Shown here one piece after another: positions 25,950-36,100 of a stretch of 63,287 bases of DNA. The DNA comes from a virus. Location of the stretch: positions 1 to 63,287 of the IMG/VR virus record IMGVR_UViG_3300048623_000041, one strand, 5' to 3'. The translations under genes and the position numbers were made by a program. Every line of letters begins with the position of its first letter. The first letter of the stretch is position 1. The notes beneath the pieces were generated by a model that was not told where the DNA came from, did not search any database, and worked only from the letters and a program-made list of their open reading frames with translations.

Positions 25950-26201
25950 CGAAATCGCTACTCAGGAAACGAGCGGAAATCTGCCGATTTGTGCGCAGGG
26001 GTTACAAGAACGAGCGGGGAACAAACACCCGATTTGCAGCAAGTTTACCGCAGCCTTACCGCGCGCTAATCAGCGCCAATGCCCGAACCCGTCTACCACC
26101 TCACCACCGGCGAGATCATCGCCTACGCCATCCCGCTCGACGAAGTGGCCGCCAGCGAAGCCCAAGACGAGGCCGAGAAAAATTCGCAGCCGGGTGACGA
26201 T

Positions 26202-26218
26202 TTATCTTAATGCGATAC
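26202..26218. promoter_or_regulatory. Operator-like site C: TTATCTTAATGCGATAC
   Basis: 15/17 match to A1, 50 nt upstream of the PEP-CTERM gene. Confidence 0.55.
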
Positions 26219-26243
26219 GACAAGGGACGCACGATTAACCATA

Positions 26244-26262
26244 CTCCCCGTGAACAGGGGAG
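26244..26262 (+). promoter_or_regulatory. Hairpin pairing CTCCCC with the GGGGAG Shine-Dalgarno of the PEP-CTERM gene
   Basis: CTCCCC-GTGAACA-GGGGAG, followed by TTTATC and ATG 26269. Confidence 0.45.
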
Positions 26263-26268
26263 TTTATC

Positions 26269-26892
26269 ATGCGGTTCATCGGACCCTTAGTTGCTTGCGC
26301 TTTCCTCGCTGCTCCGGCGGGGGCTTCAACATATCTCGCTGAACTACACGGCGTCGTAAGCCAGCAGATTGATCTAAGTTTCAGCGACCCGCACGTTAAA
26401 CTTGGCGACGTCTACACGATCACGGCCCGGTTCGACGACAGCATGATCGAACCATATTGGTCGACTGATGGCACGCAACTGATTGCGGCACATGCGGTCT
26501 CTTTTCAAGGCGCGCCCCTGACCGGCGACTTTTCGTTCAAGGTCGAAGGATCGGGCTTTGAATGGAGCAGCTTCACCGATCGGCTCGACGGTGCCCGCCT
26601 GTTCTTCGACAACGGCAAGGTTTCAGGCTTTAGCGGCGATCTCCTGCCAGCCGAGACCGATGAGCGGCCGGGAATCGAAAGCTCCGGCCCGGCGTTGGCG
26701 CATATCTACGGTGGCGAAAATACCGACCTGAACAACTACAAGAGCCCCGGCTTCTGGGTGACGTGGGATCTCGATGGATCGAAGGTGACTGCCGTTCCCG
26801 AGCCCGCATCGTGGGCGATGATGATCGCCGGGTTCGGGTTGGTCGGGGGTGGCCTGAGGCGTCGCGCCAAAGGGGTGATAGCAAAGGTCTGA
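26269..26892 (+). CDS. Secreted PEP-CTERM (PEPxxWA-type) sorting-domain protein: prophage cargo
   Basis: Signal peptide MRFIGPLVACAFLAAPAGA. C-terminus VPEPASWAMMIAGFGLVGGGLRRR. Confidence 0.8.
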   Translation: MRFIGPLVACAFLAAPAGASTYLAELHGVVSQQIDLSFSDPHVKLGDVYTITARFDDSMIEPYWSTDGTQLIAAHAVSFQGAPLTGDFSFKVEGSGFEWSSFTDRLDGARLFFDNGKVSGFSGDLLPAETDERPGIESSGPALAHIYGGENTDLNNYKSPGFWVTWDLDGSKVTAVPEPASWAMMIAGFGLVGGGLRRRAKGVIAKV

Positions 26893-26895
26893 CCC

Positions 26896-27105
26896 GTGGC
26901 GTGGGCCGGTCTCGCCTATGCCCTAGCTATCTTCGGCGGAATCGCCGCGCTCTTCTATCATGCGAACCGTCGCTCGGGGCCGCGTTGGAAAGTAGCGGGC
27001 TACTCAGTGCTGTTTGTGCTCTTGCTGTTGACAGTCGGCATGCTCCGCATGGGCGGCTCCGATGATTGCGGAACGGGTTTACCGGCGCGCTATCAGGACT
27101 GCTAG
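26896..27105 (+). CDS. Small membrane protein
   Basis: 69 aa, two hydrophobic segments, GTG start. Confidence 0.45.
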   Translation: MAWAGLAYALAIFGGIAALFYHANRRSGPRWKVAGYSVLFVLLLLTVGMLRMGGSDDCGTGLPARYQDC

Positions 27106-30100
27106 TCCGCCGCCATCACCTCGTTCCAGCGCCGGTTGAACGCCGAGATAACGGTCTTCTCCCGATCGTCGAGCTTGGTCTTGATATCCTTGTAGGCAGC
27201 GTCGTCGACCTTCTCCAGATCGTGCGCCATGGTCAGCTTGCCGCGATCCTTCCGGATCGAGCGCATCTCCTTGCGCGCGGCCTTCATGACCGGGACCAGC
27301 TTGAGCACCGTCGACTTGTCGTCGATCAGCTTGGTCAGGCCCTCGTCGTCGCCCTTCTGGTGATAGTCCTTGGCCCAGCCCATCGTCTGCTCGATCTGGT
27401 CGACGCGGTCGTAATAAAGCGACTTGTCGAGCCAGCGGGGCTTGTCGCCGACGACCTTGCGGACGAACGGGAAATCATCTGGCTTCAGCTCACGCTCCGG
27501 ATCGAACGGGGCGGCAGCGAGATTGCCGACCTTCATGACGAAGCGGCCGGCGCCACCCGCGAAGTATCCACCCAGATAGTCCAGTACCTCGGGGCTGACG
27601 CTGACGGCGCCGGGGATGACGTCGTCGCCGCCGGTAATGCGGTTGAGGAACTGCGCGGCCACCCGCGATTCGGTGCTGACCGAGGGAAAGAAATTGTTGC
27701 TCGGGGTCGGCGGCGGCTCGAACGGCGACGGGTTCGGCTGGATCGGCTTACCGGTAAAATCCTTGTTGGTCGCGATCTCTGCCACGGGGTCGATCGCGGT
27801 CGGGAGAATCGTCGTCAACAGGCTGTTGCTGCCCAGCGGATTGAAGGCGTCGAGCGACGTCCACAGCGCCTCTGCGCCGGCATCGAGCGCGCTGCGGCCA
27901 TGGAGCACCTCGGAGAGGTTGCGGCCGAGACTGACGAAGGCGTTGAGACCAAGCCCGAGCGGGATCTTGATCGACTTGTCACCCCAGCCGGGCGCGAGCA
28001 GGATCAGGTTGCGCTCCTTCTCGAAGTCCGGAACCTTCGACCAGTAGCTTTGGCCGTCATCATCATCATCGCTCGCCCAGCGGTTGAGCATGTCGAGCAT
28101 AAAACCCAGCGCGACGGCGCCGACGAGGGCGCCACGGACTTTACGTGAGCGCCCGGCGGCGATCATGAGCGTGGCGCTACCCTGCACCGAGGCGTTGAAG
28201 AAGGCATAGAGGCTGTTGATGACCGGCCCGTACTGTCCGCGCCGGGTGAAGTTGACCGTGGCGTTGCGGGCGAGCGAAGCGGCCTGGCCCTTGGTCATGC
28301 CGCCCTCACGCGCGTTCTTGTAGGCGGCCAGGCGCACGGCGTTCTCGACCCGGTCATTGACCTTGTCGACGGCTTCGAAGAACCGCATCGCCCCGACCTT
28401 GAGACTGATGCCCTTGCCGGACATGGCGCGATCGACGCGCGCCCTGATGCTGTTCAGGTCCGACAGGTCGTTGAAATAGACCTTGCCGCCTGCGAGCTCG
28501 AATTCCCGGCGCCATTTACCCCACTCGGTATCGGTGCCCTTTGGCGCCATCAGGGCCTTGCGCCAGTCGCGGACGATGCCGCGCACCATCCCCGGTACAT
28601 CATGCTGGCTGAGGTTGACCCCCGCCGTCTGGATGTCGCGGAAGGCGTTGGTGATCAGGAATTCCGGGTTCCACGTGGTGTTGATCCGCGAGAACAGGCG
28701 GGTAAACGATCCGATGATCTTGACCCAGGGCTGAAGCTGCTGCGCCGAGAGGTTGCGCATGGCGTCGGCGACACGCACGGCGGCCGGATTTTCGCGGTTC
28801 ATGGTGACGCGGTGCTCGACGCCATCGATCTTGAGGCTGACCGTGTACGGCGCGTCCTCGGCGCTGATCCGGCTTTCGCTCCGGTATTCGACCTGGCCCT
28901 TGGCGCTGTTCCACACGGCCTTGCGCGTGATCTTGTCGATCTTCCAGAAATCGGGGTCCGGCGCTTCCTTCGCGAGATCATGGAAGCTCTGGCCGACGCG
29001 GTTGGTCTCAGCGCGCTGGATCGCTTCCTCGGCCTGCATGATCGAGTAGGCGAGGATATCGCTGGCTCTGGACTTGCGGCCGAAGGCGCGGCGCGACTCC
29101 TTGCCCCTGACGGTGATGCCGGAGCCGCCTTTCATCGGGCGGTCGCTGTTCGCCTCGGGGTCGAGTTCGGCCTTGCCGCGCAGTGGCGCATAATGTTCAT
29201 ATTGCTTGCGCCAGATATCGGCCTCGGCTTGGCTGAGCAGCCCGGCCTCGACGCGGGTATCGACCGCGAATTTGAGGATGGCGTCGACTTGAGCGGCCAG
29301 CGCCTTCACGGCATCACGGCGGGGATCGCGCTCGACGGCGGCCACGATCTCGGCGGCCTCTTCGTCACTCATGCCGGAACCGCCCTCGGGGATTTCCGGG
29401 TTGATCTCGGCGATCCGCTTGTTCCGCTCCGGGGCGTGGCGGGCGTAGACATACGCCTCCAGCTCATCGACGCTGACGCCCGCTTCCTTCATGCCATCGA
29501 ACAGCGGCGCCACCATGTCGTCGGCCAGGCGCTCGAGCTGGGCACCGATCTTGCCGGACATCAGTTCTTCGGAATGATAGGGCCGCTGCGCTTCCGGCAG
29601 GGCCTTACCGAGCGTCTTTTCCACCGCCTGCTGCAGACGGAGCACCGGCAGCATCCGGTCCTGCAGAGCGGTCCTCCAGCGATCGAAGCCGGTTTCCGCA
29701 CGGGGATCGCCGTCTCCGGCCTCGCGCTGGCTGTCGACGAGGCGCTGGGCGCGTTCTTCGGCTTGGGCGGCGAGCGTGTCGTCGGGGTTCGTAGCGTCCC
29801 GGCCTAGCGGGGATGGGGCGCCGGTTGCGGGGATGCTGTATTTTGCCAGCACCTTCACGCGGCTGTCGTCGAAGACGACGTAGTTGTAGGTGCCGTCGCC
29901 CGCGGTGCGCGAGCCGCCGTCGAGATATTTTATGCCGGCGATGCCTGCGTCGTGAAGCAGAAGTGATGCGTCCTGCTTGCCGTTCGATCCATCGGTGTCG
30001 ACGTCAAGCTCGACCCGTGAAAGCATGCGATAGAACTCGCCGCCCGTGTAGGCGCTGTCATCAAGCTCGACCGGGTTCATGCCCTGCTCGTCGAGGCGTT

Positions 30101-33100
30101 CATTGATCTGGTCGAAGGCTCCATCGGGAACGCGGAGAAGCGCCTGCTTCACAACCTCGGGCTGCTCGCTGAGAGGCTTGTCCCACAGAAGATATTCTCC
30201 GTCGTCAGGGATATCTACTTCGTAGAGCTTGCCGGGCTTCTCGACCCCGATCTCCGCTCGATGTTTCGTAAGCCAATTAATGCAGCGCTGATATGTGTCG
30301 CGAACCCGACCCGTCTCTCCGGACATTTTGTCGGCGAATTTATCGATAGCCTTAGCGACGCTGCCATAGATTCGCACATATTCTAGAGCTTGAGCACCGT
30401 CCCATTGATCTTCGGTCCACACGCCGGCCCCGAAGATATCGTTAGGCACTGCCGTGTCGATGCCGTTCAAAGTGACCCTCGCCTGTCCACGGCTCAACTT
30501 GTCGCGATAGTGCTCGGCAATGCCCTTCTTGCCCGCGAAGTATAGCCCATATCCGTAAGCCTGCGCGCCCTCGCCCGTGCCGATCTTCTCGGTCGTGAAG
30601 CGATCAAAATCATGCGGGCTACCATGATAGGCGGCCTGCAACATCGGTCGCCGCGACTTCCAAGATACCCGCGCACCCCGCCCCGCCCCGGTCTCACGTG
30701 CGCCAATCGTGCCATCGGCGATATCCCGCAGCACCGCCCGGCTGTCGGCATACCCCCGGCCCGTCCACATCTCGCGCACGGCCCGCAGGAACGACGCCAG
30801 CTTGTCGAAGGCGATGCGGGCGAAACCCTTCACCTCGGCACGCTTGGCCTGATAGCTGGCGAAGAGATCGGCGACGGCTTCCTCGCGGATCAGGTCGATA
30901 TTGTTGCCGTATGGCTTCGAGTAGCGCTGCGTGACGCTGTCCATCAGCGCCGCGTCGCTTTCGGCCAGGCGCACCAATGCCGACCATTCGGTGCGGTTGA
31001 ACAGCCCCAGTTCGCGCGCGGCATGGATCGCCTCGTGGTCGAGCGTGAACGCCCCGTCCTGCGAGGCGTCCATCGCGACCTGAATGAATTTGTTGAAATA
31101 GCGGCCCGCCGTGCCATCAGGGGCGTCGACAATGCGGCCCACGACATCGAGCGCGATGCGATCGGCAAGGCCATACCCCTTCAACCGTTCGATCAACTCG
31201 TCCCGTATTTGCCCCAAATCTGCACGGTCGTTGTTGTTTTCTTCATCGAGAAGGAATAGATTGAGTTCGTCGCGAGGGCCATCCAACGCAGGTGCGGTCC
31301 CTCCCTCGGGAGAATCCCTTCCGGCAGTAGGCCGGCTCGCGACACTTTTTTTCCCATTCGTGATGTGCGTCAGGTCGTATTGAAAGCGGCCCTCTTTGGT
31401 CTCACGCACGAACACGCCAAGTCGCTTGACCTCACCACCGATCGAAACCGGGGCGGCATAGAGGTGCATCGCGTGAGTGCCGACCGAATCACCCGGCCGC
31501 GTCTCTACCAGCGCACCTTTCTCGATGATCGCGCGTATCGCGGGGATGGCCTTGATCAGATCAGGCCCCTTGCTCAGTACCTTCTTCTGGCCCCGGTCAT
31601 TGAAGCTGACGCGGTGGCCGTCGGACGACATGACGGTGCGGGCGAAGAGGTTGGAGCGGAACCACTTGCGGGCGGCCTCGCGCAGGGCAGGCATGTCGGC
31701 GCGGCTGTGGACCTCGACGCCGAGCTCGTCGCCGGAGAGGGTGGCGACGGGGTTGTCTGGGAGGCTGTAGAGTCTGGTGCCCTGCTCTGTGGATTCGTGC
31801 TCGATGGTGTCAATGAAGCGATCGAACCCCTCGCGGATGACTGGAATCTCCGAAGCGACCGGGTAGGGATATCCGTCCTCAAGCGCATAAACTGAGGCGC
31901 TTACGACGTTAGCGAGATAGTCGTTTCGAAAGCCGTTATCGGCGAGCTTTGCAATGACATAGCTTTCGAACGCGCGCGCGCTCATCTCGATGTCCGTGGA
32001 CCAGTACGCCTTGGTGCGACGCTTATCGAGATTGGCTGATCGCTCCTTGATGGATGTCTGTCGGATTGACGCCATCACGGCTTTGAAGGCCTCAACCATT
32101 TCCGGCCGCACGCCGTCTCGGGCAAGGCCGGGGGCGCCCGTCATATATTCGTCGCCGCGACCGCCCTGCCGTGAAAAATAGTTGTCGAGGCTGTGCCACC
32201 ATTCGTGTGCGAGCGATCCCGCGCCCGCGTTTTTGGTCAGGTTGATGACGATACTGCCGCGCTCGTAATGCGCCGCAGCGGCGTTGATCCCACCCTTGCC
32301 GCGCGCGCCAAAGGCAAGACCCAACTGTCCGTTGAGCGACAGTGCCGCTGGCGGTACTTCGAGCAGGCCGGCGAGATCCATAAGGGCGTCGTAGGCTTCG
32401 TTGAGGTCAGCTTGCCGGCGCTGACCCTCGACATAGTTTCCGAACTGCACGCCACGGAACCCGAAGGTCTCGCTGAACTGCTGAGGATTGACGTCGGCAC
32501 CGGCACGATAGTTCTCGCCGATGCGCGGCGAGTTCACCGTAGAGCGCTCATTCGGAATATGCTTCCACGATTCCAGCTTGGTTTCGAGCGCAGCGCGGTT
32601 TTCAGCGATATAAGCACGCGCTTCCTTCACCGCGGCCTTTCCGGCTTCCTTGTCAGCCGGGTCGAACGGAATTTCGTGGAGGTCGATATATTCACGTCCA
32701 ACCTTCTTGCCGATCAGCCAGCGGCCAGGCTTCGATCGGAAGGAGTATATCTCGAACTTGGTCGGAGCCTTGGGCTGGGCCGTGAGACCGCCGCGCTCGA
32801 CGAACCCCTTGAACTTGGCAAGCGCTTCCTCGCGGGTATCACCCGTCGTCAGATCGCGAGGCCAGTTGCTGAAGGCGGTTGCCTTGGCCTTTGCCGAAAC
32901 GCTCCAGATCGTGCGTGGCGGGCTGTAAGTGACACCGGCGTACATCGAATAGCTGGCCGCCGAGAGCGTGATCCCTTTGAGCGACTTCTCGTGGCCGACG
33001 GCTTCGTACAGGTCGATCGTGCCCTGCAGGTCGGCATAGGCGCGCCCACCCTTGGCGAGCACGCCCCTCATGCTTTCGCTGCCGCTGCCATCGAGCATGT

Positions 33101-36100
33101 TGTTCGCGATCCGGCGCAGATCCGTGACCAGATCGACCCAGCCTTTGAGCTTCCAGGACTTCTGCGGTTTCGTCGGAATTGCATCGCGCATGGCGCGCAC
33201 GGCTGAGACGACATAGCTATCAGCGCCACCCTCGAGCAGCTTCAGATAATCCGGCTCCGGCCACGACCTCGATAGCGGCTCGGCTGCAATGTCCACCTCG
33301 CCGGCTTCGGCCATGCGATCCTTGTAGGATTGCGCATAGTCCTTCCGCGCGCCGTGCAGCTTCTCGCCAAAGTCGTCGATCTTTGAGACAGGGGGCTGAT
33401 CTGGCGTCGGCTGGCGCGAAGCGAACATATCGCTCTGATCGCGCTCGGCGGAGAGGAAACCGCCCTCCTGGTCGGACAATCCCACTTGATCGAGCCGGCC
33501 CGACCTCGGCTGCTGCTGCCGGGCGGCGATCTCGCTGCGTTGTCTTTCGGTGAGCCCAACCCGCTCGGGCTGCGCGGCGTCTAGGCCGAGGCTTCCGTCT
33601 TCGCTGGCTTGTGACGCTCCAGTTTCGCCAGATTGCTCGCGTGACGCTTGGCGCTCGCCCGCGTCTCCGGATCGACCCGGCGATCGTTCGACAGGAGCTG
33701 GAGCTTCTGGCGCATCTGCTGCGGTGTTGGACGCTCTTTCATCGCCCGCTGGTATATCATCGAACCCCGGCACGTCATAGAGGCTCGCGCCGGTCTGCTC
33801 ATGGGCCGTGCGAAGATCCACGGCACCGCGAGACATGATGACGTGCTCGATCGCTCCGAACGCGCCCATTTCGGGAACGAGGGGCAGCGCAGCGGCAATC
33901 TCGTCGTCGCGAACATCGAGACCCAGGTCGGAAACAATGTGGTCGATCTCATCGCGGGCGCGACGTTCCTCGCCGCCGGCATCACGCTCGCGCGCGGACT
34001 GGTCGACGGCTGCAACGGCCTCGGGCGGATAGACCTTCTCACGGGCACCGCGCTCGATCAGTTGCAGCACCTGATCTTCGGTCGGGCGCGGGGTCGTCGA
34101 AGGTGGACCGAAATAACCGCGCTCGTGGAGAAATTCGCCAGCGGCGTCGATCGTCATGCCGGTCGAGCGGATCAGGGCGCCCGCCTTGGGAATGAACCGC
34201 TGGAGGTTGCGGCCCTTCTTCAGATCGTGGCGGGGCCGTCCGGTTGCGCCGATCTCGTCCTGAATGCCGCCCGCCTGCGCGAGTGCCGTGATGACGTCGG
34301 TCGGATTTGCGGCTGACCGCTTCGCAGCGATCTTGGCCTTGAGCGCGTCCTGCTTCGAAAGAGGAGCCGGGGATTGAACAGATTGCTCGGTCGCCCCCCG
34401 GCCCGAGTCTATAGGAGAGGATGCCTGAAAGGCAGGATCCGATATAGCAGCGTTTTCCGGATTGCGTAATACGATATTTTCAGCGGCGGGTTTTGAGGTG
34501 TCACCCTTGAGCCATTCCTTGAACTGATCGATGGGCATGGCAACCACGCTGCCCGCACGCTCCGCACCCCGGCCGTCGGAGAATGCTGCATGGTACGCCG
34601 CCATCGCCTGATCCTGCGAGGCATAGCCGATCATGGCTTTATGCTCATCGAACTTTCGGGAATCGGCATCGACCTGATCGACCACGTAGACGGTCGGCGC
34701 CGTCGGGTGCGGGCCGACGTAGACGTCCACCTGATCGCCGTCGGCGCCCTCGGTGCGTTTCACATACCCGTAGGCATCGGGCATTGTGACGGACCATGGC
34801 TTGCCATCGGGATCGGTGCCCGACCGGGTCGATCCCTTCGGGTTCTCGATCGCGATGTCGAGGCCTTGGACTTTCACATGCACTTTGGCATAATTTCCGG
34901 CCTTGGCCTGCGCCTCGGTCGGCTCGGCGGCGTTTGCGCTGGCGGCTTCCAGATGATCCGGGTGAGTGACGTCGATCGGGGCCGCGCGCGTACCGTCGCC
35001 TAGCGGCGCCAGTTTCCCGGTCTGAGGATCGAGCCACCCGATCTGCTTCGTCGAATCCTGCTCGTCGAAGACGGGCTCACGGGTTTCGGCGGGGGAAAAC
35101 TCAATCGGCCGGTTTTCCCCCGGTTTTTCCCCTTCGCTTTCGGTCGCGTTTTCAGCAACTTGCTCAGTTGCCTGCATAGAATTTGGATAATTTCCCGCGG
35201 ATTCGGGAAAACTCACGCTCTGCGGATCCACCGCGACCCCATTCTCGCGCACCGTGTAATGCAGATGCGGCCCGGTCACATTGCCGGTCGCGCCGGATTT
35301 GGCGATCACCTGGCCGGCACCGATCTCATCGCCTACCGCGACGTCGGCACCGGACAGGTGAGCATATCCGGTAACAAGGCCATTGCCGTGATCGACGCGA
35401 ACGAAATTGCCGTTCTTCTCGTCGGATCCAACGGCGATGACTCGACCGGACGCGGGGGCACGCACGTCGGTTCCGACCGGCACGGCGATGTCGATGCCGT
35501 TGTGCTCGGAGCTCGCGCCGTCTTTCGGCGCTTCGCGGTGCCCGAAGGGTGAAGTGATCTGGCCCTCTACGGGAAGGCGTAGGGGTTGCCGGTCCTCATT
35601 CGCCTGGCCATGTCGTGCCGGTATCGGAGCGCCTGACTGCTCAAGTTCCGCGAACAGTGCATCGAACGGACCTCCCTCTGCTGCCGTGGTGGACTGGGGC
35701 TGCGCGAGGGGCGGCGCGGGTTCCGGGGCGAACGATGGTTCGGGTGACAAGGCGCCATCGACCAGCGACTTGCCGCGCGCGATGAGCTTGTCCGGGATCG
35801 CACTGGCGCGATCGTCTGGGGTGAGGAGCGCGTCTTCCTGCGCGGTCAGGGGCTGCTCGCTGAGCGGGGCACTATGGCCCACGAACGGATGCGCCGCGAC
35901 GTGCATGGCGCCGCCCGTGAAGAAACCGACGATACCGGCGTCGAGAAGCTGCTGCCTGGCCTCGCCCCACGTCATGTCTGGCTTGAGGATGCCCTTGTCG
36001 TAGCCGGTCTGCAGGGTCTGGGTAAAAACCTCCTGCAGACCCTCGGCACCAGCGGTCTTGAGCGTGCCTTTGAGGAAACTGCCGCCCGGCTTCATCATCA

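Noticed and set aside
25905-25995. A complete tRNA gene on the minus strand after int.
   Set aside because: Only the 3' 45 nt fold. There is no matching 5' acceptor strand or D-arm, so I call it an attP core rather than a tRNA gene.
25668-26197. ORFs 25668..26069 and 25904..26197 after int.
   Set aside because: They run through the tRNA-fragment/attP region with poor composition. I treated the region as non-coding.
27066-28148. Long ORFs antisense or out of frame to strong genes. Examples: 27066..28148, 28602..29807, 32193..33206, 35874..36872, 44508..46385, 51537..53720, 60922..62259, 62272..63147, 13944..15131, 5245..6609, 5324..6841, 116..793, 475..1200.
   Set aside because: These are Arg/Ala/Gly/Pro-rich, low-complexity translations typical of shadow frames in GC-rich DNA. 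Each overlaps a gene with recognisable motifs or better packing.
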